Shown here piece by piece: positions 41,100 through 54,559 of a stretch of DNA of 64,000 bases. A model generated the notes under the pieces. The model saw only the letters and a list, made by a program, of their open reading frames with translations, was not told the DNA's origin and searched no databases. This stretch comes from Octopus sinensis (Eukaryota), in assembly GCF_006345805.1 (NCBI RefSeq), contig NC_043008.1, positions 61,504,001 through 61,568,000 of the forward strand. Reading direction: 5' to 3'. Each line of letters begins with the position of its first letter. The stretch's first letter is position 1. The position numbers and the translations under genes are program-made.

Positions 41100-42175
41100 G
41101 ATAAAGTTCGGGATAGACGTTCACAAGTACTGCTGGAATTCCTTGAATCTTGTCAGGCAGACATTAGAGAAAGCCTTAAAACAATTGGAAAGAAGCCCTG
41201 GAATAACCTCACGACTTCCCAACATTACACACTACGACGTCTATCTAACAACGATTTTATTGGTATTAAAATGACGGATAAGGGAGGCGCTATCGTATTT
41301 ATGTATAACAGTGAGTATATTTCGGCTTGTGAAGAATTATAAATGACAAAACTTCATACGAAGAATCACTTGTCGATCCAATTACATGGGAGTGTCTCCA
41401 ACCTGTGCCTTGAAAAACAGCCGCAAGAGAGGTAAGCCCTGTTCATTTTGCGACAACATGAGTCAAGTGAATTCCATCAGGAATCATAACGGAGATGTTA
41501 TGATTTATAGAGAAGTTGGTACACGTACAGATTCCCATTCGGTGTACGCAGCAGAATGCACGAAACAACTTGATTTATGTTTGTTTCACAACAGAACAAT
41601 TAAACAAAAGATTTAAAGGGCACAGATCCGAAGTCAGGAACAAAAACAATAGTTCGATAGAATTTGCCTAACATTTCGTTTCAAACAGCGGCAATTTTGA
41701 AAAAGATATGAAAGTGTATATTCTCAGAAGATATTCTGAATTTGCTTCACTTTCACTTCTCAGAATGCATGAGAAGAAATATGTTTGCGGATTATTAATA
41801 TCACACCCTGGAGGAATGAATAAAATGACAAGAGAATATCAAACTTATACAAAACTGTTTGATTACATATTCTTCTTTTACCTTTTCGTTTTTTTTTAAT
41901 TTCCACTTTCTACTGTCTCTTTTTTTCTGTCTTTTCTTTTCGCCTGTTATAAAGTCGAAACTTAAAGACTGATGTCATTCCATCACCGTGTCGACGCTTG
42001 TAGCTCTCGTTCATATTTTAAAATTAAATTTCTATAATTTTGAATTTTTATCACTTCTTATTTTGAACCAATAAAATATCTATTGCATTCGTATCGTGCT
42101 TCAACCAATAAAGTATCTGTTACACTCGTATCGCACTCTTCGTCTTGACGGTTTACCCTTGTGAAGAGTTACGTC
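41100..42175 (+). mobile_element. Penelope-like element remnant: RT N-terminus joined to GIY-YIG endonuclease, then a probable pLTR
   Basis: PNIT..LSNNDFIGIKMTDKGGAIVFM..Y..L.NDKTSY..DP (ADKG motif), then KPCSFC..SVYAAEC..RFKGHRS..HF..EKKYVCGLLISHPGGMN (GIY-YIG end). The RT core is absent. The following pyrimidine-rich non-coding segment ends at a TA/AAT tract. Confidence 0.7.
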
Positions 42176-42231
42176 TATATAATTATTATAATATAATAAT
42201 AATGATAACAATAATAATAATAATAATGATA

Positions 42232-42772
42232 AATGGTCTGATGCAGTGGCTATCATTGCTTTTTACCATAACTGATTGGAAGTGTTATGATGTACATTGC
42301 TTTGTCTTAGTATAAAAGATCGGCTACAGCAAACATTGTGCAGAATACCGTAGATTTGTCTGTCAATTGTTTGATCTTAACAAGTTGACCATGTCTTTTA
42401 GTGGTTGATGATATGTGCATCTCTGATCACGATCAGTCGGGGAGCATCATAGTCATGTGTTGAGAGGAATTCTTTGAGGTTTGGATAATTCAGCTTTGGA
42501 AACAGGGGTGTTTCGTTCAACATTCTTAAACAACCCTTATTGGGGGACCTTTTGAGCGGGATGGGCTACTCAACTTGAAGAAAATGCAAACTGGGTCCCA
42601 CCTACAAAGTCATGCACTGTCAACCGCGATAGAAGATCACCATGTTGCACACGTATGATTGTGATGCATGCGTCTGGTGTATCTTTATCAGACGAGTAGT
42701 CATGATGGGTATATTGGGCTTCGTATATTTTACCCCAGTGTCACTTTGATGGCATGCACTACTCTCTAACTC

Positions 42773-42775
<3 letters not shown>
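42232..42775. other. Unclassified ~545-bp non-coding block bounded on both sides by (AAT)n; probable interspersed repeat
   Basis: Higher GC than its flanks, sharp (AAT)n boundaries at 42231 and 42776, no recognisable ORF. Confidence 0.4.
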
Positions 42776-42825
<50 letters not shown>

Positions 42826-42879
42826 CAACAACAACAACAACAATAATAATAACAACAACAACAACAATAATAATAAAAA

Positions 42880-43790
42880 CAAAGGCCAAATACTCATAAA
42901 ACGAATGTAGAGAGTTGCCGACACAAAAACATGTACCTGAGAATTGCATGGGTAAACTGCAAGAAAGCATTTTACAGCGTCCCACATGAATGACTACTGA
43001 AAGCCCGTGATATCTATAAGATAACTCCTGTCGTCTCCAAAGTTTTTCTATGTAGTATGGTTAGGTGAAATACATGTCTCTTTCGAAACCAAGCCAGCAA
43101 CCTCCACGTCAAATGAGGCACCTTTCAAACTGCTCCCTCTCTCCATTAGCTTTTAACATGACACTAATTCCAATCTCAAACGAATTGAACAAAACTCATG
43201 GATGGGTGCAAAGTTTTTACCACTACCATGAACCATGTATTTTATATGGACTATATGAAGCGCTTTCCTTGTAATGATCAAGAGCCATTAGGGATGCTAA
43301 CAACTATTAAAGAGTTCACGATTGACATCGTGGTGGACGTTGACATTGATAAGTGTGCTAAAGCAAGATGCTGGCTCAGGCAAACAGCTTGCATTAAATT
43401 TTATAATGATACTACCATCAAGGAACTTGAGCCACAATAAAGTTATAAATACCTGAGAATAAACGAAGGAGATGGTATACATCATGCTACTATGAAGGAA
43501 AAATACGAAAAGAGTACTGCAAGAAAATATAAAACTTGTACTGAAGACTAAACTCATCTTGAAAAATCGCATTGAAGCCATTAATACCTTGGTATTTCTA
43601 GTAGTTCGATACAGTTTTAACATCATTAACTGGGATGCTCCGGGGCTCTAGTGTCTGCTGTGAAAGACTAGAAAATGTTTGACATCTAAGAACATGCACC
43701 ACTAAAAAGCAGACGTTGAACGCCTGTGCCTATCTAGAACTAGCTGGGGAAGGGGAATGATACAATTAGAACTGTGCAATTCAAACTTTC
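42880..43790 (+). mobile_element. R4/Dong-clade reverse transcriptase fragment
   Basis: AWVNCKKAFYSVPH..SLSPLAF..LIPISNELNK..NHVFYMDYMK..DKCAK..YKYL.INEGDGIHH..INW..MHH..ADVERL..GRGMIQLE across frameshifts; begins right after (AAT)n(AAC)n. Confidence 0.85.
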
Positions 43791-43829
43791 CGGAAAATAT
43801 GCTTAGCAACATTTAATCCGTCTTTATGT

Positions 43830-43970
43830 TCTGAAATTGGAATTCCACCAAGTTCGACTTTGCCTTTCATCAACTCGGGACGATAAAATAAGTAATAGTT
43901 GAGGACTGGCGTTGTCATAATCACCCGTGATCCTTCCGAAAATTTTCAGGCCTTGTGCCTATAGCAAAAG
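43830..43970 (+). mobile_element. SINE family A, degenerate 3' fragment
   Basis: TCGACTTTGCCTTTCATC..AAAATTTTCAGGCCTTGTGCCTATAG. Confidence 0.6.
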
Positions 43971-44091
43971 CATTGTCCTCCTTGTCCTTTCCCCTGGTGA
44001 CAAATAAATGAAATCAACACCATCAGCAATATTATTATTATTATCATTATTATTATTATTATTTTTATTATTATTATTATTATTATTATTA

Positions 44092-44608
<517 letters not shown>

Positions 44609-44614
44609 GATCAT

Positions 44615-44735
44615 TATTAGTATGTAAGGATGAAAAGCAAAGTCGATCTCGGCTCAGTTGAAACTCAGAACGGAGAGACGGGCGAAATGCTGCTAGGCAC
44701 TTCTTTCCCGGCGTGCTATCGATTCTGCCAGCTCG
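44615..44735 (-). mobile_element. SINE family A 5' fragment
   Basis: GGATGAAAAGCAAAGTCGA..GGCGTGCTATCGATTCTGCCAGCTCG. Confidence 0.6.
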
Positions 44736-44823
44736 TGGATTTACATAATAATAATGATAACAACAACAGCAACAACAATAATGATGATGATGATGATAAT
44801 AACAACAACAACAACAACACAAC

Positions 44824-44855
<32 letters not shown>

Positions 44856-44866
44856 TAATAATAATA

Positions 44867-44939
<73 letters not shown>

Positions 44940-47858
44940 AAGAAGAAGAAATGGAAACATGCCCATTAAATTATAAATTATAAACAGATATAAAGAACAA
45001 TAACAACGAGGATAAAATATTAAAGTTATGGCGTGCGTGTATCATTTGTATAGGAACATCGGTACGTCATCGCTACCTCTCGTATGAACACAAACAAATC
45101 TGTTGAAAACTAACGTAAAAACACAATGAAAGACTTGCGCTTCTTAATAACATCAACAAAGCCAGGGAAACCCAATGTTAAAAACAAACAGCGGGGAATA
45201 TTAAAGAAATATCAAATAACAGAGAAAGGAATGCATCAGGAAACGTAAAACAATATGAAGGACAATCCACCATATACGATCTGCACTATATCACAGAATT
45301 CGTTGCTATAGAAAACGTTGTTTTTTCATTTATTTATTTTTTTAATATTTGATATTCAGCCGAAAATGATTTTGCAATGAACAACAAGAATAGCTTAAAA
45401 ACAAAATAGCCATCAAAACATCGCCCAGAGTAGCAAGCCTTTATGTTGGAGTGTGTACAATGGATAGATCGCCCCCTGTCATTAATGCTAAATGTAACGG
45501 ACACAACAGTAGAATATTTATGGGGGAAATAACAATTGAAGAATTAATGCAGATATAGCAAAGTCTAAACAAGTGGAATGCTCTTGTAAAAAGAAAATGC
45601 CAAATTTCCAGGTAAAATAACTGCTTCCTATGAAGTTGTATCATAGATGTTTAGATACTTACGAGTAAAGACCGGGGGAAAATCTTAATGACATATTTAG
45701 GGACGAAAACGGCACGGTAATCAGTAATAGCATTTGCATGTGATCGCAAGAAAAGGACCTGCAAGAAAAGAGAACCAATTCATCCTCAGACCGTACTTTA
45801 GTGTTCTAATATAAATTATTGTTCTCAAACACAAATGGTTTGAAAAAGAAATTATCCAAAATTAGTCTCTTATGAATGACAATAGGTAAAAGACAGATTA
45901 GTCAAGGATTATGACTTTTTTCAAACAAGGCTTACTGAGGAGTAATTTATACAAATTATTCGTTAAACATATTAAAATCAATGTGGTTTTTGAGGTTAAA
46001 TATAAACAAATGCAACACTGTTGGTTTTACATAAATATCAATCATTAAGAACTACAACAGTAATTTGTTTTTCTAATATAGAAATATCACAATCATATTA
46101 CAAAGTAGAAAATTTACTCTTCAAATAATGACGCTACAGACGCCACAGGATGCTGTAAACCTTGATAAATGTATAAACATCAGTTATATGACATAAGTAA
46201 AGATGTTAAGAATACAATGTATTTTGAGCAAAAGCTCCTTACTTGGACATGATTTCTGGCTAAATTGTCTCTGGTGAATTTCGCCTCATTAATGAGCAGC
46301 TAAGTAAAACACGTTACGTGGAAACGAATTGTTGATAATCTTACACTATATGTTTAAACATATCGTATGCAGATATAATACAATGTGTCGCAATCAAATA
46401 CTTGCTGTATGTCAAAGGTTTCAAGTTATTAGCTGAATATAACAAACACATAATTGTTTGCATCGTCAAAATCGACGCGTGCATTCAACATATTTTCAAA
46501 GAATTCAATAAAAATATTATTCATAATATTTTCATAATATTGTTTATATTCGTGTGGATGCAGAGTTCGTTTAATAAGCACATGGTCTTGTGTTCTATCG
46601 CACTAATTGATGCCTTCGGCAAATCTCTGATAGATTAGCCTGAAGTCAACCTATACTCTGCGAGTATAATTGGCAGACGGAAACGCTATGAAGCCGTTTT
46701 ATTAAAATGTCATATTAATACTTGCAAAACAATGAGATGATAAAAGTATAGTAATAAATATCAACACTAGCATCTTTATAACTAATACGTTTACAATTAT
46801 GACATTTGCCACTAGCAGTTGCAAATGGTATTTTGCTGTAAATGTTGTCAATACTTCTTAGTATTCGTATCTAATCTTGTTAATTCACTTATTTTCAATT
46901 GCAAATGTCATTATTGTATACTGAGAGGTGCAGATACTAGTACTGATATTTATTATTTGGTTTAGAAACAATATTAATATATTCCAGTTACCCTACCTTG
47001 CTAAATGTTTTCATGTCTATCATGATATACAGATAATAAGATTAATCGGACATATAGCTTAAGCATATCAACATAGAATTGGTCACACGTTTAATTCCAT
47101 CTCTATTGATAAAAACGCTTAATATATGCATCTACACTACATTTTTGGCTCTATTTTTATGCGACTCTCGTTCGTTATGATTTCAATGGCTATACCTCTT
47201 AGATTGCTGAGTTATTTCCATAAAGGACCAACAAATACACACTGCATGAAGAGACCAAACAGCCACATTATAAGGCAAATACTGACATATAAGATCTTAA
47301 TGGCGCACTGTAAAACTAAATCATTAAAAATCCCACTGCACAAATAATATTGATAACTGAAATATTGTATGATACATTTTAACTAACTACAAGCATGAAA
47401 ATAAACATGAGTTAATGACAAGTTAAGGTAAAAAAAAAATGCTATGTTCAATAGCAGAGGACAAAAAGTTATATAAATAACTTGATATTACAGGAAATAT
47501 AAAAAACGTAGAGGTAGTTATATTCGCATATATACATACATGTGTTACAATTATAAAAAAAATTCAAAGTATACAGAAGTTTCATATTTAACCTGGGAAC
47601 AATGTAAGCAAAGAAAAAATATATATAAACACAACAGGAAAGGAAAACAACAACTACTAACAGAATGTGTTTTGAAGAAAACTAAAGAGAGATTTCAAAT
47701 ATTTCAAACACAACCAGAGAATAAATATGGCGTGAGAAAAAATACAATGTTGATGTGTAACATTTTGAAGATGTAATATCGCTACAACAAAAATAGAGAT
47801 TTATATTGTTCACCAAAATTCAATGAATTGTTTGTTCATATATACCTATTATAAATAT

Positions 47859-47892
<34 letters not shown>

Positions 47893-48087
47893 TGTAGGTA
47901 TGTGTGTATGTATGTATGTATGTATGTATGTATATACGCATACATGTGCATGTATATACATGTATATGTATATACATACATACATACACGTATACACACA
48001 CACGCGTACACACGCACGCGCACACACATACATACACGCGCGCACGCACACACACAAATATATATATTAGAAATATGAAGATTCCTA

Positions 48088-48445
48088 TATACTTTTATTT
48101 CCTTCAGTCGTTTGACTGCGGCCATACTGGAGCACCGCCTTTAGTCGAACAAATCGATCCCAGGACTTATTCTTTCTAAACCTGGTACTTATACTATTGG
48201 CCTCACTTTGCCGAACCGCTAGGTTACGGGGACGTGAATATACCAACATCGGTTGTCAAACGATGGTGGGAGGACAACACAGACACAAAATTATACACAC
48301 ACATATATATATACGACGGGCTGCTTTCAGTTTCCGTGTACCAAAACCACTCGGTCCGAGGCTATAGTTGAAGACACTTACTCAAGGTATCACGCATTGG
48401 GACTGAACCTGGAAACATGTGGTTGGTAAGCCACTCCTGCGCCTA
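48088..48445 (-). mobile_element. SINE family B
   Basis: TTTGACTGCGGCCATACTGGAGCACCGCC..GGGACTGAACCTGGAAACATGTGGTTGGTAAG. Confidence 0.85.
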
Positions 48446-49133
48446 TGAAAATGCTTAGATTAAGTGATCATGGGAAAATGAAAACAGTTTGTGCGCGTTT
48501 CGGTCCCTGAAGATGACCTCCTTAAGCTAGAATAAAACGGAAAGGACAACTGAAAAAACAAAAAAAAAAGGACAAACCTTTATAATATCAATTCTGAAAG
48601 TTTAAATAATTTATGAAATTCACGTGATGCTGAAATTCGTGTCTTTCTGAGCGTTGCTACTTGGCAGAAATGAATTATTTAAAAACGTGCAAGGAAGCAG
48701 ATTGTATATTAGTACTTGCTGCAGTATTGTTGGGTGGTAGTTGTAGCTGTAACAGTAATGCTTCCTTATGGTTTAACTTACAATATAATCTAGCTAGTGG
48801 TAGCGTTGTTGTTTTCCATCTGCAACCTAGCAATAGTAGTAGTGGTGGCCCCAGTAAATGTTGCAAAACCTTTGGTGGTGGTTGTTTTTTCTCCCAGTTA
48901 AGACTTATCTGCTATTTTATAATGAATGACGTTACGTTATAAATGCGTTGGCGTTGGCATTTATTATTACTCATATAGAGGAAAAGATCATAAAGTTAGG
49001 ATGTTCATCGAGTCATATGTCTCCCTGTTTCGATATTTTGCGATGTCTATGCATTGTCATTCGTTCACGTAAAAACCTATTTTTTTGGTCCAATGTTGTC
49101 CTTCACATCCTGAGCAGGTTATTACAGAGACTG

Positions 49134-49516
49134 TGGAGGCGCAATGGCCAAGCGGTTAGGGCAGCGGACTCGCGGTCATAGGATCGCGGTTTCGATTCCC
49201 AGACCGGGCGTTGTGAGTGTTTATTGAGCGAAAACACCTAAAAGCTCCACGAGGCTCCGGCAGGGACGGTGGTGATCCCTGCTGTACTCTTTCACCACAA
49301 CTTTCTCTCACTCTTACTTCCTGTTTCTGTTGTACCTGTATTTCAAAGGGCCGGCCTTGTCACTCTCTGTGTCACGCTGAATATCCCCGAGAACTACGTT
49401 AAGGGTACACGTGTCTGTGGATTGCTCAGCCACTTACACGTTAATTTCATGAGTAGGCTGTTTCGTTGATCGGATCAACCGGAACCCTCGTCGTCGTAAC
49501 CGACGGAGTGCTTCCC
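49134..49516 (+). mobile_element. tRNA(Arg)-like-headed SINE, family C, full length with 13-bp TSD
   Basis: Head TGGAGGCGCAATGGCCAAGCGGTTAGGGCAGCGGACTCGCGG..GGTTTCGATTCCC (TCG at the anticodon position); ATTACAGAGACTG duplicated at 49121-49133 and 49517-49529. Confidence 0.9.
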
Positions 49517-49807
49517 ATTACAGAGACTGCGTTTCCAGACGCGTAGGTGAATTTGTCGTTTTACTGGACTGAGTTATGTCTGTTTGAAACGATTACTCTG
49601 TCAGATTGAAACTTGCGGTTTTACCTAATTTTTTGTTGTTATCTACGTGTGGAGTTTGACCTGTTTTAGTATATATTTCATTAATCTGGGTTGTCTGTTG
49701 CTTTTTATCATTTTGCGTTTTTGGAGTATGTCGTGCATCCTTGGCTAGTCTGCACGCACGTGCGCACACACACATGCACACACACAGATAAATATATATG
49801 ACGAACC

Positions 49808-50030
49808 TGGCGAGCTGGCAGAAACGGTAGAACGCCGGGCGAAATGCGTAGCCGTATTTCGTCTGCCGTTGCGTTCTGAGTTCAAATTCCGCCGAGGTCG
49901 ACTTTGCCTTTCATCCTTTCGGGGTCGATAAATTAAGTACCAGTTACGCACTGGATCGATGGAATCGACATAATCGCTTTGTCTGTCCTTGTTTGTCCCC
50001 TCTGTGTTTAGCCCCTTGTGGGTAGTAAAG
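49808..50030 (+). mobile_element. SINE family A monomer with 18-bp TSD
   Basis: AAATATATATGACGAACC at 49790-49807 and 50031-50048. Confidence 0.92.
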
Positions 50031-50048
50031 AAATATATATGACGAACC

Positions 50049-50081
50049 CGAAAGAAGCCGTCGTATATATGTATATATACA

Positions 50082-50131
<50 letters not shown>

Positions 50132-50342
50132 TGTGTCTGTGTTTGTCGCCCCAACATCGCTTGACAACCGATGCTAGTATATTTACGTCCCCGTAACTTA
50201 ACGGTTCGGCAAAAGAGACCGATAGAATAAGTACTAGTCTTACAAGAGAATAAAGCCTTGGGTCGATTTGCTCGACTAAAGGCGGTGCTACAACATGGCC
50301 ACAGTCACATGACTGAAACAAGTAAAAGAGAAATAAAAGAGA
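50049..50342 (+). mobile_element. SINE family B, 5'-truncated
   Basis: GAAAGAAGCCGTCGTATAT, (TG)n, ..GGCGGTGCTACAACATGGCCACAGTC..AAAAGAG. Confidence 0.85.
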
Positions 50343-50649
50343 ACCTCGGAGATTTCAAAGCATAAACAAATACCTCCGCGCTGTCGGGCAGTAATTATCA
50401 AGCTTGCAGTAGTAAATGCTGAGAACAGATGCCTCCTTGTGCCAATATGTGTCCCTGTGTTCCTTTCCATTCCAATTTGTAGTCCACTAATGCTAACTCA
50501 TTGATTGGTATATCATTTCAGTTTGTGATATAAAACTATCGTTTTCATAACAAAATATTATACTCAATCACGTCGTACAGTCTTGGTTATTTCCCCACCT
50601 TTTATAATTTGCTAACATTTGTACCTGTAATATATCAGTATATCAGTAG

Positions 50650-50781
50650 GGGTGGCTGAATGGTTCAGAGTTCAATCCCACCATTTGCACATTGGGAAAC
50701 TGTCTTCGAAAATAGTCTCAGACCGACCAAATCCTTGTGAGTGGAATTGCTAGACGGAAACTGACGAAAGCACGTCGTATA

Positions 50782-50837
<56 letters not shown>

Positions 50838-51030
50838 TGTATCAGTCACCATGATTGATTGCTAACTCCACCAGTTTTTCTTCTCTCTCTGTTTATTTCC
50901 TCGTATTACTTTCTGTTGAAGATCGTAGGGTCGAAACGTAAAAGACTTTCTCACTTTCCCGAGCGTCAAACTAATACACCTGCTTGTTGTTTATACACCT
51001 GTCTTCGTCTTTGGTTTTTCTACAAATTTG

Positions 51031-51068
<38 letters not shown>

Positions 51069-51190
51069 GTGTCTGTGTTTGTTTCTTCACCATCCCTTGA
51101 TAGCCGATGTTGGTGTGTTTACATCCCTGTAAATTTGCGGTTCAGCAACAGAGAAGGATAGAATAAGTGCTAGGCTTACAAAGAATAAAT
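50650..51190 (+). mobile_element. SINE family B interrupted within its internal (TA)n by a 201-bp module
   Basis: Head 50650-50776, (TA)n 50777-50832, foreign module 50833-51033, (TA)n 51034-51064, 3' half 51065-51190. Confidence 0.75.
50909..50944 (+). ncRNA. Hammerhead-ribozyme-like motif with A6U core variant
   Basis: CTTT-CTGTTGA-A-GATC-GTAG-GGTC-GAAA-CG-TA-AAAG: 4-bp stem I, 4-bp stem II (one U-G), ACGU helix III, GUA triplet; same layout as 13713-13760. Confidence 0.5.
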
Positions 51191-53012
51191 CCGAGCACCC
51201 TGAGATATCGTTACGAAGGAACAGAGCTCATTCTTTAAGTGATATCGAATTCGAATATCTTTACCAGTTAAATATCTCCGTAAAGTAGGTACGAATTGAT
51301 TCCATCGATCTCATCTCCTAAAATCAATATTTCTAATCAGATACACATTTTTTTTTATTAAAAGGAATATCTTAAAATTCTCAAAGTGTCGAAAGCGTTC
51401 ATTTTTATTATCACTCAAAATGTAATATTAAGGTGCAACTGCCTGTGTGATCAACTAAAGGACAATATTGTTTCATGTTCTAATTCACCTGTGGGAACAT
51501 CTGTCAAATGAAAACTATAACATGAGAACTAATGGACCTGTTCCTTTGTGCCTCCACATATATGTTTGTGTGCGTGTGTGTGTACGTGTGCGAGGGTGTA
51601 AATACATGCGGCGCAAGCATCCATGCAGCTATACGTACGTTCTTCAACCTCGGAAAATCAATAATTTTCAGTCACATCAAAATATTGAAAAGCTATTAAA
51701 GATAAAGTGTAATACGTTTTTGTTTTGTTTTCCTGAAAGTGAGAACAAACATTCAATTTCTTTAATGTTTGCATGTGTGTATTTACTGTCATCTTGCTTT
51801 TAGTTGTTATCAAAATAAAGCTAGTTCTGTCAACAGGAGAAAATAATGTTGATGGAAATGATGGCCGAGAATGCTTTGTTTTTCAACTATGCATAAATGA
51901 AAGGTAGCAATATTGTTACAGATGTGTATATATGGCTTCAATCTCACAGTATGTTTTACTTTTATGAGGTACAATTCTAAATCAAAGTCACCTTAGTTAT
52001 ATGTCTGAAAGAGAATAAAATGGATGTTTATTCATGGGTGCTGTGATGCAGAGAGGAACACATATTTAAAATATCTGAGTGCATCCTAGACATTTCTCGG
52101 CAAATCTGCACTGAATCCTTGAGGTCAGATTACTCTTATCTACATCTAGAGTGCAGAGTTCTAACCGCTACTAAAAATTTAAATGTTTATCTGCCCAGCA
52201 ATAACCAGGGTAGCAATACTAGACAGGAGTCGCAAATCGACATAGAATCGCTCATTGGCACAATCCTATCTCTGGCCCATGGGAATATTGCATCCACTTC
52301 CTGCTCTTTCAACTCTGAATACAATTAGCCTTGATCTACAGAGTTGGTTCAAGTTTTTATCATCACGAATGCATGTAATCTGATCTTTCTCTTACGCTAT
52401 TTGTGCAAAAAACTCTTGGTCACAAACATGTCAACATAATCACCTATTCTCTCCCAGAACCTGGGTACAATGTCTTTCAGTTTACTGCTCATAACATTAT
52501 CGAGGGTTACTGTTTAAAATAGCTTAAAAAAAAACATTAATGGCATATGTGTGGTTAAAATTTCATAGCTTTCGTGCAACCTCTCTTGCAGACCCAACAA
52601 CTTAATATAGAAACTCACAATTACCCAGCAGCCACTGATCATAATCATAACACCAAGGTTAGTCTAGTAATAGATAATTTGTAATATATGAAACCAGGTT
52701 TGTTCTCGGTATGGTCTCACAATAGACAAATACATGACGAAAGTACTAATATCAGTGATTATATACTTCTTTGAGCTAATTATGTGTGATTGGATGAGGA
52801 ATAGCGTTTGACATAACATGTATAGCGAGATATTGAGGTGCACACTGTTTATTTAAGTTCATAAAGCAGCATATTGTATAACGTAAGTCACAGTAACTTC
52901 AGTTTTCTATTGGAATTTGTAGAAACGTATGTCTTTCATATGTATGTACACAATATACGTGTGAATAAGTATGAATACGTCGGTTGGTATATATATATAT
53001 CTATATATATAT

Positions 53013-53062
<50 letters not shown>

Positions 53063-53125
53063 ATATATATATTATATATTATATATTCATGTATATACAT
53101 AACTATAAATATAAATATACGTATA

Positions 53126-53961
53126 CGCAGTCTGATCAATAAGTATCCAGACTGTTACTATAGTAACGAAGCCAACGCCCGCAAACTAAAACTGCTTGCC
53201 ACAAATTTCCCGGAAACTAAGCTACGGATGTGCTCTAAGTTTCGACGTTCTAGCTCAATTCTGCTGTTTACAGAAGTGCTTGGAAGGAAGGTGTGTAACG
53301 TGTAATCGTCGCATTGTCAATGAGAGAGGAAGTTGAGCAGAGAATCTGCATTGAATTTTGCCAAATGTTTGACAATACCTGCTCCGAGACCTACGTAAAG
53401 TTTTCAAAAATTTTCATCGTTCTCGACACAGCCAAGAACTTGGCACAAACTTGGAAGACACGCGTCACATACACAAATCTTCATTAATAATGGACTGAAC
53501 CGAATCGTAACTGATCTGCACATCCTGTGATAACCCACGGATTGGTGATCCGACGATTTCCGCTCAGAGCTTCATGAGCATCTGCGTTGTTTTTCTCAGT
53601 TCTGCTGGCTGCAGGTCTCCCAGAATGCTCGTCAATATCGACATTTTTCGGCCATCTTAGAAACGTCTGAACCACTCGTACACTTGTATGTGGTTCATAC
53701 ACTCCTCTCCAAATACTTTGATGTATCCTCTGAGTAGGTATCGCGCAGACAATTTTCTGTCTTGGTCAATGCGACGTCACACGCTAAACACGTTCCTTCC
53801 AAGCACTGTTGTGACAGCAGAAATGAGCTAGATAGTTAAAACGTAGTTTGCATGCACAGCAAAGGTCAAGGTCAAGGTCAAACTTTGCTAGGTGGCTTCA
53901 CTTTGCGCGCTTTAGCTTCCTTACTATGGCTACAGTCCGGATACTCATTGATCAGATCTCT
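53126..53961. mobile_element. Mariner composite formed from two inverted 5' ends
   Basis: TIRs CGCAGTCTGATCAATAAGTATCCAGACTG and (rc) AGAGATCTGATCAATGAGTATCCGGACTG, each flanked by TA; both arms carry the 5' UTR GTGCTTGGAAGGAA..CGTCGCATTG. Left arm encodes MREEVEQRICIEFC; right arm (minus) VYEWFRRF..DEHSGRP..RRIT..SVQSIINEDL..KFVP. Confidence 0.8.
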
Positions 53962-54559
53962 TATGAGCAAAAGCACATAGGTTTATAGGTGTTCAGTCGT
54001 TGGTGCTTGTGTGTATACGAATGCAAAAAAGCCTCTAAACATGGACTGCAAGGCAAAAATCTCCATGATCACGCAGGTTTTTTACAACGCAGCTATATTA
54101 TCTCCAGAAGAAGGACTATATATATATTCAGGAGTGTTCAGAAGAAAACCCATCTCACGTATTTTCAAAATATAAAACGAAAGAAATAGCGAAATGTGAG
54201 TAACGTTAACAAGATTGCTGATAACAGCATGATTGCTTGATCTTTTGTTACCAGCCGAATCTTCATATCGCGCCGGAATGTGTTAACGAAAAGTGTAGTA
54301 TCAAATCAAATCTGGGATACAAAAAACAGAAAAATAAATTACGATACGTATCTAAAATCGGGACCACGTTTCTTTAAGATTGCATTTTATACAGTTTATT
54401 CCTTTGGAATAAAACCAAATGTTGTCTTCGAAACATATGTCGAAAGTAAAAGAATTTGAATAGCATCTACGTTCAACTCCATTTTTTTTACTTATATATA
54501 TATATAGGATAAAGATTCCCTTCGGAATTGAATGAGGACATGATTGCACATAGAAAGTT

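Noticed and set aside
49134-49210. tRNA-Arg(TCG) gene
   Set aside because: No proper acceptor-stem closure or T-run terminator; it continues into a SINE body bounded by a 13-bp TSD.
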